64,000 nucleotides of DNA, taken from Octopus sinensis (taxonomy: Eukaryota). Positions 1-14,192 of this stretch are shown here, in pieces; within the stretch, counting starts at the first letter, position 1, and each line of letters opens with the position of its first letter. The stretch is taken from assembly GCF_006345805.1 (NCBI RefSeq), contig NC_043001.1, positions 68,448,001 through 68,512,000 of the forward strand, given 5' to 3'. Under the pieces are notes generated by a model that ran no database searches, was not told the DNA's origin, and saw nothing but the letters and a program-made list of their open reading frames with translations. Made by a program: the position numbers and the translations under genes.

Positions 1-689
1 ATAATGTTTAAATTTACCGTAAATGGTCCTTTTACATACTGAACACTGCTTGGCAAAATTATTAATTACTAATTAATTAATTTTACCCTTATTATTATTG
101 ACAATATATATATATATATATGTATATGTACATGTATGTGTGTATATATGTATATATGTGTATGCATATGCATAATTGTGTGTGCACACTTGTTACTTAA
201 TTCTCTCCCTCTACTATATTACTAGTTATATTTTTCTCCCAACAACTATCTAAAGAACTCCTGATAACGAACTATAGATAAACGCTCCATCCAAATGGAA
301 ATTTTGCCTTATTAGGTTCTCTGTCTAAAGAATTTCTAATAGGAAATATCTTACATGTTTTCTACTTCACGTACAATTTTACAACTGCTTTTTGCAAACA
401 AAACACGTGTAATGCTGAATAAATAATACCCAAAATTTTCCAATCTTCCGTTTTCATATATATACGAGGTAGTGCAAAAGTAGGTATACAGTCATGAAAA
501 AAGAAAACATGTACAATACTCATTTATTTTTATCAAAAAAATTAAAAGTTAGGATAAAAGTATTATAGTTATGACAAATATATTATTATGATTATTGACT
601 ATGAACATATCAAAAATGAAGCTAACAAATTAAATGTTCTAATAATTTTAATGAATTAAGTATTATAACATTGATGTGATACTTACTGT

Positions 690-1010
690 GTAGGCTTAAA
701 ACCACGGTTAGACAGCGCTGGAGTCTTCTCTCCAGGGTACAGGCATGGGCATTTTTCGTGGAAGATCGGCAGTTTCCCATGCGACACGTCTCCCTTCTTC
801 ACTGCCATCAGTGTTATCCAAGGAAAGGGCAGGGACCAGTACGATCTGGCACCAGTGGGGTTGTACGAGTTGTCTGAACGAGGTTGTCTGCAACCTCAAA
901 CTGCCTTAGGAACTCCGGCTCCTGATTTATCCTTGGGATTTACTCCCAAGGCCTTCCTCTTAAGTGGGTATTGCCGCAAGGCAGCAGAGTTACTACTTAT
1001 CGTTGCTGTC
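690..1010 (+). mobile_element. RTE/BovB-type LINE 5' UTR fragment
   Basis: Contains ACTGCCTTAGGAACTCCGGCTCCTGATTTATCCTTGGGATTTACTCCCAAGGCCTTCC...GGGTATTGCCGCAAGGCAGCAGAG, resembling RTE-clade 5' UTRs as recalled. An RTE coding remnant follows at 1611. Confidence 0.5.
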
Positions 1011-1065
1011 TTTAGCGAGTAAGGGCTTAATAAGCTGCATAACTAGTAAAGACAATTGGTTATAT

Positions 1066-1197
1066 GGATGGCCGTTGGCTCTACGGAGTTCATCCGCCCT
1101 TTGACAGGTCTTGTATTTAATCCTGCAAGGTGACCAAATAGCAAGAAAAGACACCTTCCTCACAGAGCAAGCTCAATCGGGTTGTCGGTGAACGGGA
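1066..1197 (-). mobile_element. Diverged fragment of the RTE-related element at 60240-60758
   Basis: Reverse complement (CTTGCTCTGTGAGGAAGGTGT...CCTGTCAAAGGGCGGATGAACTCCGTAGAGCCAACGGCCATC) aligns by eye with 60300-60398 (CTTGCGTGGTGAGGAGGGTGT...CCCGTCAAAGGGTGGAGGAACTCTTGAGAGTCAATGGCCATC). Confidence 0.65.
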
Positions 1198-1604
1198 TCA
1201 ATTTGGAAGTTAAGTATCTAGATAGTAAGTTAAAGAAAAGAAGAGAAAACAGCATGATTTCTTCAAAATGAAGTCACGCAAAGCTAGCAGAGGTTAGCTT
1301 TTGTCGTTTATGCATATAGTGATAAATATCTATGTTAGAAACAGAAACAATCTAGCGGAGAAAAAAAAAACAGATGTCCATCTAGCTGTTTGAAGATCGT
1401 CAGAGATAGTGACATAAGAACGAAGGAGAAGAGGCGAGAAAGAGAGTGAGAGGGAGAAATAGAAGGGATAAAGAAGGAGAGAAAGAGGGAGAGAGAGTGA
1501 GAGAGAGAGGAGGAGGATATTGCTCCTAACAGAAGCAAGCTGGAAGTTATAGGTATCTAGATAATGAGTTAGGGAAAAGAAGAGAAAACAGTATAATTTC
1601 TTAG

Positions 1605-2192
1605 CACATCGTGGACAAACTCTCAAAGGCCTATCAGGAATTCAGCCTGACAATCAGTTTGAAGAAGACCCAAGTAATGGGTCAAAGTGTCAAGCACGCC
1701 TCCACTATCACCATCAACAACTACAAACTGGGGGTAGTCCATCAATTCACCTATCTCGGCTCTACCATCGCTGATGACCTCTCCCAGGACCCTGAGCCGA
1801 TCAGAAAAGCATCCTCCACATTTGCTAGGCTCACAAAGAGAGTCTGGGAAAACGAAAATCTGGCTGCAAGCACCAGTTATGAAGTCAGTTGAGGTGGACG
1901 TCCTGAGGTGGGAGGAGGTAGCAAATGATCGCCCATACTGGAAGCAATTACTGCGAAAGGGAATAAAGAGTGGAAGAAAAACAGGTACTCGCCATCACAG
2001 AAGAACTCATTCGACGGAAGGAAAAAGTCACCAGCACCGGCAGAGTTCCTTCAAATGCAGTCGCTGTATGCGTGACTTCCACTCCGTGTGGACCTGTACA
2101 TCCACAACAGACGCTGCACCTCCAGCAGCAGCTGACACGATTTGTTTGGGCGTAAATCCATGGCCTCTCGAGACCGACGGTCCCTACTACTA
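1605..2192 (+). mobile_element. RTE-clade LINE 3' fragment (RT C-terminus, internally deleted, frameshifted)
   Basis: ORF 1611-1892: FSLTISLKKTQVMGQ...VVHQFTYLGSTI...KASSTFARLTKRVWEN. ORF 1774-2193: WEEVANDRPYWK and CSRC. Typical RTE 3' end CCATGGCCTCTCGAGACCGACGG..CTACTACT. Confidence 0.9.
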
Positions 2193-2224
2193 AATGATAG
2201 TGTATATATACTTTGCACACGCTG

Positions 2225-2308
<84 letters not shown>

Positions 2309-2329
2309 ACTGCCTCCGGTATTCGAATA

Positions 2330-2527
2330 CTATGTCTTCCACCTTTGCAAAAGTTCTGGCTAGAGGCTAGCTTTCCAAGTTCTTTTTCAGGATTTAGAAA
2401 AACTGAAGGACTGCTGCAATAAGTGTGTGAGTCTGAGATGGGGAATATGTTGAATAAAATCATAATCAACTGATCATCTTGTATTTTCTTTTACTGAAAG
2501 CCAAGCACTCTTCAATACCCTTTCGTA
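2330..2527 (+). mobile_element. Mariner-derived MITE/right end
   Basis: Ends in GGAATATGTTGAATAA (GEYVE*-like mariner C-terminus) and TIR-like AAAGCCAAGCACTCTTCAATACCCTTTCGTA. Reverse-complement similar to 35448-35580. Confidence 0.6.
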
Positions 2528-3379
2528 AATACAAAAATATATATGTGACGAAAAATGCTATTGCACTGATTGGGGAATTCGAACTCCTTTGCTGCTGTAA
2601 ACCGTAAACCTATATTAACCTCTACAATAAAATAACGCCACGACTCTTAACCGTCCAAGTTATTAAGATTAAATTACGTAGCAAATCATTACCATAAACA
2701 AAAAATATCTCTTGCATGTTGTATAGTGAAATATCAATTTATACTATTAGAGATAACTAATTGTCAAGTTCCTTGTATTGAAGAACATATACATATATAC
2801 ATTGTGATACTCAAAAATATATGGAAAGAAATTCCTCCATCAATGACGAATATGTGTTTTGGTTTTATGTATACACACATTGCAAGGCATGTGCAAGGTA
2901 CATTCATTGCAATGTGGTATAATACTTTGTTTCTATGAGATAGATTCCCTCCGCTATGAAATCAAATCCCTCTGGTTGATGAGATGAGTAATTGTCTGAT
3001 CATAATAATGCATTTAACTTAGTAAGATTAGCCTCAGAGGAAATGCTGATAGAAGGGAGGCGCGTCATGATGTATTTGGTTTTATCTATTTTTTTATTTC
3101 ATTTACTGAAAAAAGCTTTACATAATCAACTGCGTGTATTGAAAAAGTCTGATATAATATATTTGATTAAAGTTTTTTTATATTTCAGATTGTCTACTCC
3201 AAATACATAGCCTAAATTTCTTTTGTTCCGTATTATAACTTTTTTCTAACTCTAGAATATTGTAAATGATATATAATATATTTTAATCTTCAGAAATAAT
3301 TGGTAAATTTAAAACAATTTTTATTAACAGCTATGTAATAGTATTACCCCAAATTACAGAAAAATTAACTAAAATACAA

Positions 3380-3770
3380 CACTATCAGCAGTGAGCCTAA
3401 ATTTGTAGCAGCCAAATATTAAACGCGTACAATAGATTAAAATACATATATCATACTCTCAATGACCAGAAAGGAAAATTAGACGCTAGTCCAAACATTA
3501 TATTAATCAGCTCACAATGGGCGACACTGGATTAATTAGTAAACACATTTTAAACAAGATTAATTGCAGATTTAATAAAATCACAATTGGAACAATAGAA
3601 ACAGCGTAATTAACATTAGTGGTAACGGTGATTGCAAGTTTTAAGAAATCGACTTTGTTATATTCTATCTATCAGTTTCTAATTCTTTACACAGCGATGT
3701 AAAATTTGCTTAGACATATTGAACCATTAATAACACTGATATCAAAATCCTCATTATAATTATAAGGAAT
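3380..3770 (+). pseudogene. Highly degenerate Penelope-like RT remnant
   Basis: Partial translations GLISKHILNKIN and IDFVIFYLSVS resemble the PLE RT motifs GKISKHILDKIN and FDIVDFYPSIS. Many stops. Confidence 0.4.
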
Positions 3771-3899
3771 ACGCCCAGATCAAAGAAACAAAAATGCATT
3801 CCATCCAAATGTATCTTGCAACACTGAGGCATTTATTCACGAAGGCCGTCTGTCTACAAAAGAAAAAGTTACATATTTTGTATAAACGTTCTGTTAGAC

Positions 3900-4135
3900 T
3901 GTCATGGGGTATAGTCAAGCAAGTTAGTTCAATCCACGGCAGCAGGATTTAAACGACATGCAAAGATACATGAAGCCCAGTTACAACTACAGCCGGCTAT
4001 TACCGGTAAAGGTTTTAGCTGCCAATTCTGTACACATTGTAGATCTTTAGCTGGGCTAAAAAGACACATTCGATCACAGCACCAATAACAGTTAAGCTTC
4101 GTGCAATGGCCATACTCAATAACGAGGGGACCAAA
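3900..4135 (+). mobile_element. RTE-like LINE 3' end with C2H2-like fingers
   Basis: Translates GFKRHAKIH...FSCQFCTHCRSLAGLKRHIRSQHQ*. The tail 4092-4129 is shared with 60712-60749. Confidence 0.7.
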
Positions 4136-4179
4136 ACCGTAACAGGTATTTTGTGACATATGGACATGACACCAAAAGT

Positions 4180-4945
4180 TCAGTTCTTGAATTTAAACAT
4201 GTAGCAGTGCCCAAGAAACTTTTCCATATTACAAATACCGCATTTGCCACAACCGTTGGTATACGGTTTACACTTGGCTAAGATCTTCCAGTAAATCTTG
4301 TAGTTGACACCTTGTTCTTTTAAGAACCATACATAACTAGATAATTTGGTAGTTTTTCGTTTATTCCAGTATCTGAAGCTTAAGGTGTGATTGTTGAATC
4401 TTGCTTTGAGATTTTCTTCTGTGAGACCCACATATCTCTTAGATGAAACTGCATTATTAGCGTTCGTGGAATTTACAGTGACTTTATATATAATGGCCTC
4501 GGTGATACATGCATCATTTAGTGGGCACAAGTCTTTATCCCTGCAGGAATAGCCGGAGTAATTATGGTTTTAAAGTTTGGGGTGGAACTAAAACTAATTT
4601 TTAAAGAGTTTTCTATATTTAGGAAATATTTACCTATATTAAAAGTCACTCGGTAGTGTAGGGAATGTGAACCAGATAATTTTCCTGAGTCTATGGTTTT
4701 TCTTTATTTCTAGTTTAATAGTAGGTGTATAAGCTAGTTCCTCTTTAAATCCACTGGCTTTAAGGGCGTTGTTATATAGTGGGGCAGCATTATTAAATAT
4801 GTTTATATTGGAGGAGAGGCTAGAAATTCTTCTACTAATATTCTTAACTAAATTCTTAAACACTATGGGTGGAGATGGCAAGAACCTACATTAATATAAC
4901 TTAGTCTATCGGTGGGCTTTCTATAGGTTTTGTAAATATTCATTT
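4180..4945 (-). mobile_element. Penelope-like element fragment (RT thumb + GIY-YIG endonuclease)
   Basis: YRKPTDRLSYINVGSCH; ISRRISSLSS...AAPLYNNALKASGF; CPLNDAC..EAIIYKVTV...RYVGLTEENLKARFNNHTLSFR...TKLSSYVW...WKIL...CGICNMEKF (GIY-YIG with the PLE Cys motif). Confidence 0.9.
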
Positions 4946-4973
4946 GTATATATATATGTATATATATATATAC

Positions 4974-5007
<34 letters not shown>

Positions 5008-5073
5008 CATACACACACAAACACACACACACACATACATACATACACACACACACAACCACACACACACACA

Positions 5074-5111
<38 letters not shown>

Positions 5112-5295
5112 TATATATGAATATGCATATACACATACGCAAACATATTTACAAGAATACAAGCAAATCACAACTGTGTGAAGAACGGTCGACTGAAACT
5201 CGTATGAAATTTGTGGATGTTTTCGGTTGTAATAAATAGTGTATGCACACACATAGATGCGTACACACACACACAAACAAGCAGACACGGACACA

Positions 5296-5360
<65 letters not shown>

Positions 5361-5595
5361 TATTTGGAAAAAGCATTATTGAAAATAGCGATATGCATAC
5401 TATTCATACACCACGAGCTGTAATTCCGTATCCCAAAGACACTTCTCCTAAAAGCAACTAGCTAAGAATGACGTCATAGATCGTCAGGCACCTGGGTTTC
5501 AACTGGATTTTGATTCCTCGGTGACGGACGCTATTTCTCATTCTGTGCTAAGTCTGAGAGTTCGTTCCAATATAAAAATTAACAAACAGCTTCTT

Positions 5596-5666
<71 letters not shown>

Positions 5667-5855
5667 TGTGTATGTGTGTCTGTCTGTCTGTCTTTCTGTC
5701 TGTCGGTATATCTAGCTATCTATATTATATTTTGTATGTGTGGATCCAGAGTTGGTAGGAGTGGGGAATTGAAAGGGGCTACATACATGCATGCATACAT
5801 ACATACATACATACATAAATACATACATATACATACATGCATATATACACAAAGA

Positions 5856-7100
5856 TAGGGTGCGGTGTGTATAAATTGTCGTCTAAATTACGCAAAAATG
5901 AAAATAATACTGACTTCTTATTTTAACAGATATATTTACCAAAATTACATAAAAATATCTTGAAATACCAAAGAGTAAATTTATTCAGTAAACTCATCAT
6001 TGGCTGCAACTACGGCCTCCACGACTTCGGAATCTCTTGCAACACATCTGGACAGTCTGTTGGTGAATTCTGCCATAATACTTGCCTTCAGTTCATCTTT
6101 GGTGTTACATAGTTTTGTTGATCTCTCGCCCAACTGCACCCAACACACAGTAATCGAGGGGTTGCAATCTGGGGAGTTAGATGGTCAGATCTTAGGGGTG
6201 ATGTGGTTGCAGAAATTGTCTGACAGCCATAGCTGGATTCTTCTGCTTGTGTGGCATAGTGCAAAGTCATGTTGCCAGACACAGGGTCTTCCGACAGCCA
6301 CCCTCTTGACCTCGGGCAGCATTACCTCTTCCAGGAACTTGATGTAGGCCTCCGTGTTCAGTATGAAGCCATGCGAAAAGATGAATGGAGGCATAACGTC
6401 ACCATCACTAGTGATCACTCCAAACAACATGATGTTGATTGGTTGTTTGATTTTTATAACTCTTAGTAAATGTTTTGGGGACTGGGAAAGCCAACGGTTG
6501 TTCTGTGCGTTCAGCATCGGATCCTGGCAGAAAGTTTTCCCGTCTGAGAAAAACCAAAGCATGTTCGGTTGGAGGGGATGCTTGAGTTTGTTCAAAAAAT
6601 TCGTAGGGTGGTCTTTCGTCTTGTCCTTAAATACTTGGGGATTAAAATTGACCCTTTCTCATCTTGAATGAGGAATACCGAATGTCTTCATGCACTACCT
6701 ACCTGATAAGAAACTCAGACACTCACATGTTCCTGGCGATGGAACTGATTCTTGAATCTCACCAGTAAATTCCGAAGATATTTTCTTATCAAAACAATCA
6801 GAGTGACTTTTCCGATCTTCGTAATCACCATTAGACTCATCCAACTCTTTACGAATCCTCGGCCCTGTCCTCAGATTGACACCCAAACGCTCTGAAATGT
6901 TCGTATTGGAGCTTCCGGCGCGAATGCCAAGCAATACAGTATATCATTTTCAAATTTCTGCCAGCGTGAATTGCGTCATAGTGGTGTTTTTCTCAAAGAC
7001 GGTGCTCAAATGTTCCTACTATACTGTGTAGTCAACAACAAAATATAAAAACAATGCGCATGCGCGAAATAAAATATATAGAATGGCGACAATTTACCCA
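5856..7100 (-). mobile_element. maT (DD37D) Tc1/mariner-superfamily transposon, defective
   Basis: ORF 6185-6595: FFSDGKTF...NNRWL...IMLFGVITSDG...VWQHD, continuing past a stop and a 1-bp deletion to SPDCNP(L)DY; reconstructed D-to-D spacing is 37. N-terminal HTH in ORF 6695-6934. TIR core AAATTGTCG/CGACAATTT, with the right TIR truncated by a SINE. Confidence 0.85.
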
Positions 7101-7452
7101 ATATGGTTCCGTATTCATTCCCACTGTGTGGCACCTTGGGCAAGAGTTTTCTACTATAACCTCGGGTCGACCAAAGCCTTGCGAGTAGAATTGGTAAACG
7201 GAAACTGAAAGAATCCTGTCGTATATATACATATTTATATATGTATGTGTTTGTGCTTATCCCCCCAACATCGCTTGGCTAACAATGCTGGTGAGTTTAT
7301 GTCCCCGTACCCTATTGGTTCGGCAATACAGACCAATCGAATAACTAAAAAGCTTACAAAAAATAAGTGCTGGAGTCGAATTGGTCAACTACAATCCTTT
7401 AAGAAGGTGCCCTAGCATGGCCGAAGTCAAATAACTGAAGCAAATAAAAGAA
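7101..7452 (+). mobile_element. tRNA-derived SINE family A, 5'-truncated
   Basis: Aligns with the full copies at 19358-19764 and 41521-41925. Confidence 0.85.
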
Positions 7453-7468
7453 TTATATATATATATAT

Positions 7469-7804
7469 CAATAATATTTATACTCCCAATTTGTTTTGTG
7501 CGTACCCGACGCGTGTGTCACGCTTAGGAAAAAGAAATTGTTGAAAGAAATTTTGTTGTTTAACTAAGAATTTTTCATTGAATCTCTTGTGAATTACTAC
7601 TTCTCAACACCCATGCCTACTGGGCCACCGAAGCAGCAACGAAGTGAATGAGAAAATTCAGATGCTTAAATTTAAGGCGTGTGTCGAGTAAGGGAGAGAG
7701 GAAGTAAGAGAGGAAGAGAGAAAGTGAGAGGTAGTGGCTGATAGATATTTGAATTCCTATCTACGACTGAACTGAAATTAACTCCTGGTTATTAAAGGCC
7801 CAAC

Positions 7805-7852
<48 letters not shown>

Positions 7853-8291
7853 CACACACACACATTTGTTTTACGTCTTCTACCCATTTGAATTCGGCCA
7901 TACACCAGATAGCATGTTAAGTCTTATGTTCCGAAATTAAAATTTTGAATTTGTTTTAATTATAAAATTACACCTCAGATAAAAACATCTTTTGGCTTTC
8001 GAATACAACCTTTTCTTTCTCTTTCTATATTTTTTGTTAAGTAAGAATTTCTGTTTTGGTCAGGATCTTTCTAATTTCTTTTTTCTGGTATCAAGTAATG
8101 GACGAAAGCATTAAAAATTAAATACATAGAACTGAACAAAATAAGAAATATTAACTCTATTTTCTCACTTTCCTTAATCTTAACAAGAGCATAGTATGAG
8201 AGAAATTTGTCTGTTACTTCTAGCAAACTGAACAACAGCACAGAGTTGTTCAATTGGCTTATTTGTTGATGCTTATAAGTAAATAAAAACT

Positions 8292-8336
<45 letters not shown>

Positions 8337-9070
8337 ACACACACACACACACATGAATATATGTGCGTGTGCGATAATAAGTGTCGCGTGGTGGAAATAA
8401 ACGCAACTTTCCATTTCTATATTTTTTGTTAATTTAGAATTTCTGTTTTGGTCAGGATTTTTCCAATTTCTTTTTTCTTGTATCAAGCAATTGACGAAAG
8501 CATTAAAAAAAAGTAAATTCATAGAGCCGAACAAAATAAAAAAAAATTAATTCTATTTTTTCCCTTTACTTTTCAGCTTACAATATAATTAATTACTGTA
8601 TCCTATATACTGCTTCCTTGCATATAAGGTGAGTATTTCAGAAATATTTTCACTTTTTAAACAAAAACTGTCTAATACATTCGTATATATTTTTCAATTG
8701 AAACATTCAGAATCATAATGAAGATTTATTGTTTTAATAACAAGTTTTAAAATATGGATAATCGCATGAGGGACGCAGCACGAGAGCGTCTGCATTGAAG
8801 GAGAGAACGGTTGCGCGAGGAACAGCGATTGAGACAGAGAAGAAACGAAATAAGCAAAGAAGAGAGTGAGCGTATCCTACGGCATGGGAGGGAAAGAAAT
8901 CAGCAAAGGATGGAACAAATGAGCCAGGACCAAGGAGAAGTGTATTTTCAAAATAGGAGAGATAAATATCAACAGAATCGAGAACACATGAGTCAAGACC
9001 AAAGACAGCTGTACTTAGAAAGTGAGAAACAGTGCTATATTTCTTTCGGCGTATCAGCAAATCACAAAAT
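7469..9070 (+). mobile_element. Possible Helitron 5' portion (RepHel N-terminal coiled repeat remnant)
   Basis: Starts A|TC after (TA)n. Internal duplication 8020-8170 vs 8415-8565. ORF 8811-9140 has R/E/Q-rich repeats (MSQDQ twice) like Helitron RepHel N-termini. No Rep or helicase motif is visible. Confidence 0.3.
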
Positions 9071-9139
9071 CGCACCAGCCATCATCACCACCACCTCCAA
9101 ACCCGTCATATATATATATATAATGAGGGTGATAAATTG

Positions 9140-9628
9140 AATATTAATTTACTTAACATCAATTTAAAACCAGTAGCCAAGCATATAGAAAAATCTGAAA
9201 AATTCAAAAAAATTTTATTACATGCGTATAAGAAGGGATGACCACTAAGTGGATATCCAATATGCTAGAAGTAGATCACCTACGATCTGGCCACAAAGAA
9301 AAGATTGTTCTGTAGCAAAATTCAGCAAGCGCCCTAATATAAGCTGGTAAGACAGACGAAAATATATAAAATAAAGAATTAATCGTAGACCGATTTCGCC
9401 ATTAACGACTTTACTTACGTAACACCGTCCATGGACTCTTCAGTACGACCGTTCTAATTCAATATAATTCGCAGAACTGTATACGGATTGTCCTCATAAA
9501 ATTAGACGTGTGTACAATTCTACCGATTACATTGGGTTATTTTCAAATGTCTTAGCTCTGGCGGTTAGATCATAGGTGATCTACTTTTAGCATATTGGAT
9601 GTCCACTTAGTGGTCATCCCCCCTTATA
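9140..9628. mobile_element. PLE-type terminal element with inverted repeats and a hammerhead
   Basis: Inverted arms ~9233-9288 and ~9567-9625 (GATGACCACTAAGTGGATATCCAATATGCTAGAAGTAGATCACCTA), flanked by (TA)n. Confidence 0.65.
9383..9448 (-). ncRNA. Type I hammerhead ribozyme motif (minimal stem III)
   Basis: Minus strand reads UCGUA-CUGAAGA-GUCCAU...AUGGC-GAAA-UCGG-UC-UACGA. Stem I is UCGUA/UACGA; stem III is imperfect. Confidence 0.6.
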
Positions 9629-9691
<63 letters not shown>

Positions 9692-9704
9692 CAAAATGTA
9701 TATA

Positions 9705-9928
9705 TTTATGTGTGTGTGTTTGTGTTTTCTGTCCCGCCACCACAATTGCTTGACAACCAATATTGGGGTGTTTGCGTCCTTGTAACTTAGCTGTTCAGTA
9801 TATGTGACTGATAGAATAAGCACCAACCTTATCGGGAATACATCCAGGGTTCAATTGTTCAACTAAAGGGTGGTGCTCCAGCATTGCTACCGTCAAATGA
9901 CTGAAATAAGTAAAAGAATAAAAGAATA
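9705..9928 (+). mobile_element. SINE family A, 3' half
   Basis: GCTTGACAACC...GGTGCTCCAGCAT...GTCAAATGACTGAAATAAGTAAAAGAATAAAAGAATA tail. Confidence 0.8.
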
Positions 9929-10095
9929 CGAGAGAAACGTTCCGTACCACTAAACCAAGAGGGTTCTATGAATATTTACGATGTATTTTAAGTCTAAATA
10001 ATAATTCTGTTTACCTTTGCGTAACTGAAATATTTTGGTTGGATTATATAGTTATCAGTTTTACACTTTTTCTGTATTCTGTAACAGTCGCAATA

Positions 10096-10474
10096 TACTA
10101 TTCTACTATAGGCACAAGTCCTGAAATTTTTGGCGGGAGGAGGCCAGTCGATTAGATCGACCCCAGTACGCAACTGGTACTTAATTTAACAACTCGAAAG
10201 GATGAAAGGCAAATTTGAACTTAGAACGTAAAGACAGTCGAAATACCTATTTAACTGCCAACAAGGGGCTACACAGAGAGAGGACAAACAAGGACAGACA
10301 AACGGATTAAGTCGATTATATCGACCCCAGTGCGTAATTGCTACTTATTTTATCGACCCCGAAAGGATGAAAGGCAAAGTTGATCTCGGCAGAACTTGAA
10401 CTCAGAACGTAGCGGCAGACGAAATACCGCTAAGCATTTCGCCCGGCGTGCTAACGATTCTGCCAGCTCGACGT
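10096..10474 (-). mobile_element. tRNA-derived SINE family B (Nin-domain type), dimeric
   Basis: Minus-strand head GAGCTGGCAGAATCGTTAGCACG...GAGTTCAAGTTC (A/B boxes), then CCTTTCATCCTTTCGGGGTCGATAAAATAAGTA (Nin-like core). The core is present twice with two different tails. Confidence 0.85.
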
Positions 10475-11674
10475 CTTTAACTGTGACAATATAGAAGCAT
10501 TTCTCATGGCACCAGCACACAATTTACAGATGCTTTTTTATATTTTCCGTGAATTTTTCACGGGTTCAGCTAGTATATATATATATATATATATATGTAT
10601 ACATACATATTTGAAAGGATATATCCATATATATATATACACACACACACACCACACACACACATATTTGTATGAAGTATGTATACATGTGTATATATAT
10701 ATTTATATGTATATCTATATACATCTATTTATATCTATATATCTGTCTGTCTGTCTGTCTGTCTGTCTCTATCTATCTATCTATCTATCTATCTATCAAA
10801 CATTTAAAAAGAATATGGAGACTTGTGTACCATCAGCTTTTTTCTTATAATTTACCATTGGTTTGCTCGTACCAAGTTTTCATTGATGTTTATTGATGCG
10901 GTTAGTCTTAACATAGGATATATATGAGAGCTACCCTATGGTACTCACCTGGATAATTTATCCCTATATACTCACCTCATTATATATATCTTCTATCTAC
11001 CGTCTCTTATTAATCAAATACCCAACGAACACTGAGAAAGGGAATCGTGCTTTACTGGTAAACTACCAGATCTACATCTTGCGATTTATATATATATATA
11101 TATATATATATATGCATGCATGCATATATATATACCTATACATATTTATAAATGCATATACGTACATCCATACAGTAGATGCTCACTTCTTTCCGGTCAC
11201 ATCATTCTCCATCAACGTTTTGTTCTTCAAATATAACAGAATTTCTTGAAGATCTCATGTGTATTGAGAGGAAACTAGTTCCAAACTAATTATATTTGGC
11301 GTTTTATGACGACAGAAGTACATTTATCATTTCTTGTCCATCACTTATTAACATGAAACATACCTATCACTCTAACTGTGTGTCTCCAACATAATCAACC
11401 GTAGTTACTCTCCTTAAACCAATCTATCCAAACCATTGCTATTAGCGTTACTGAAATTTTTTTTTTTTACGTGTGAATGTCATTAAACTGCAAAATTTAA
11501 TTATTTTCTTGTAGTCCAGGCAAGGTTTAATTGGGTTGATTTACATTTTCGTTTCCCAGAACATATGTTTAGAGGCACTGAATATATAAATTATGGGTAG
11601 AGAAAGAATCAGCGAACTATTTATGTATATGCATATATATATATATAATACATGATATATAATATATGATATAT

Positions 11675-11708
<34 letters not shown>

Positions 11709-11712
11709 CATG

Positions 11713-11822
<110 letters not shown>

Positions 11823-12082
11823 TATATATATAATATTATATGATATATATATTATATATATATTATATATATATATATACATATACAGACTCACACATAT
11901 ATATGTATATACACTTACACATATACATCTACACACATTCACACACACATTATATTTTGTGTGTGCATGTGTGCTTGTGCTTTTAATTGAAAATAAATGA
12001 CATTTGCTTTGTTATGTTGATAGTTTAGGTTTTTAGCCCTCAGACCTTAGAGGTATAATGAGAAAAATAAACATCTCTGTTA

Positions 12083-12135
<53 letters not shown>

Positions 12136-12532
12136 GCACATCTCTCTTTCTCTCTCTCTCTATATATATACATATATAATACATATATATACAAATGTAC
12201 ATATATATATATGTATATATACATATACATATATATATGCTTATATATACGAATACGTGTATATGTGTGTGTGTGTGAGCGTGAGTGTGCCTGTCTGTCT
12301 GTGTCTGTGTATGTGTCTGTGTGTATGTCTGTATGTAGATGATGCACGATGTACTTCAGGATACATAATTACTAGTATATTACTTTCACCAAACGAATTA
12401 AAAGGTTTTGGTGTCTTTCGGAAACCTCATGATAGACAATATTTCACCAAAAGAAATGAAATGACATAGACTTAGATATTACCAGATATATCCTTCATTT
12501 GCTTTTCGCACCCCGTGCGTGCGTGTGTTGAT

Positions 12533-12563
<31 letters not shown>

Positions 12564-12637
12564 CATACATACATACATACAAACAGACACCCCCACACAC
12601 ACATATACATATGTGTCTGTACTTGTGTATGTATGTA

Positions 12638-13754
12638 CAGTGTGTCCCAAAATTAAGGCAATCAATTTTTTTCAATTTTGCAAAAGAGAAATATTGCTAT
12701 ATTTCGAGTCCAAGGACTGCAATGCTATGGTAAAGGAAACACAATTATAACATTACTGAATTAATTAGACATGACCATCTCTGTTTCGAATCACAGCCTT
12801 AAGTTTAGGTGCGAATGCTTCACATGTTGAGATCGGGGTTTCTTGAGGGCCATACATCCTTGCTTATGAACGACGAAATATTTTGTATCTGTTTGGAGCT
12901 GCGGGATGGTGCCAAGACCTGTTGGAGGCCCCAAGATGTGCCTTGATAGTGCTCCTTCGCCTATGGAAGCAGTTTAGCTTCCAGAATGTCACTAATGTAT
13001 CGTTGAGTGTTACTTTTAACACCCGAGGGTACAAAACGAGGTAAGATCTCCCAGTGGCTGTCACATCACCCAAACAATAACTGTCAGTGGTGGGATTTTG
13101 ATGTCGATTTACGAGTCTACTCTCGACGGAACCAGATACATTCCAATGTCATTAATTCTGGTGGTTTACTGTCTGTTCGATGTCAAATTTTGTTTCATCA
13201 ATTAACACCAAGTTCAGCAGCGTGCTTTCAGCAATTTGACGCAGGATAAGACGACTTCTCTTCAATCTCATAGACTTATAAACTTACGTGAAGTCATGAC
13301 AGTGGATCATCTTGTTGCGGTGATTCTTGAGATCCTCCTTCAGCACTCGATACATCGATGTTCGGCTCACTTTTGCTGTGGCGGCCAGTTTTCTGACGCA
13401 ACGACGAAGATTTTGCCGTATATTTCCTTTGGTCCACTAACTTCTTTTTCAGCCTCATCCACGTCGATCAGCGGTGGAACCAGTCTCTTGAAATTTCTTG
13501 ACAATTTTCCAGACTGTTGTTTAGTTAATTTTAAGCTTTTTTTGCTATAGCAGTATTACTTTCATCTCCTTTGTGGAGGGCTACGATTGTATTTCAGTCT
13601 ATAGCCATTATCCAATTAATAAATCTGAATTTTGGTCTGAAACAAAAAGAAGACACAATAAGCTTTTATAATGATATAGTTTTCATATCTTGTCACATTT
13701 ATTGATAGTTATTAAAATCCGAAACTTCTGTTGCCTTAATATTAGGACACCCTG
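12638..13754 (-). mobile_element. Internally deleted Tc1/mariner element
   Basis: TIRs CAGTGTGTCCCAAAATTAAGGCAA and TTGCCTTAATATTAGGACACCCTG, each flanked by TA, inserted in (TATG)n. Degenerate interior. Confidence 0.8.
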
Positions 13755-13762
13755 TATGTATG

Positions 13763-13796
<34 letters not shown>

Positions 13797-14100
13797 TGTA
13801 TGTATGTATGTATGTATGTATATTCAAATATGCCATCTTACCCAAACTTATTTCTTTAAAAATTATATGATTACACCTCAAGTATTTCATCATGTGATCG
13901 ATATTGATGGAAACGGATTGAAACCTAATTTACATTCCTGTTCGGTCGTTCTGATCGCGTAGTCACTGTAATAATGTCACGGCAAACAAACTGTTCTAAA
14001 TATATTACAACACCGAAATCCTCGATCTATCATGCCGAAATGCATTATAGAACTGTCAATTGTCCCTCCCTCCCTCCCTCCATCCATCCATCCATCCATG

Positions 14101-14171
<71 letters not shown>

Positions 14172-14192
14172 AAGTAAAACATTCCTACAGGA

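Noticed and set aside
5165-5220. Hammerhead-like GTGAAGA..GAAACTCGTA next to the PLE
   Set aside because: Core and stems too degenerate to support a call.
4863-5461. Many ORFs of YI/CV/HT/YVCM repeats here and throughout the window
   Set aside because: Translations of (TA)n, (TG)n, (CA)n and (TATG)n microsatellites, which lack stop codons in some frames; not genes.
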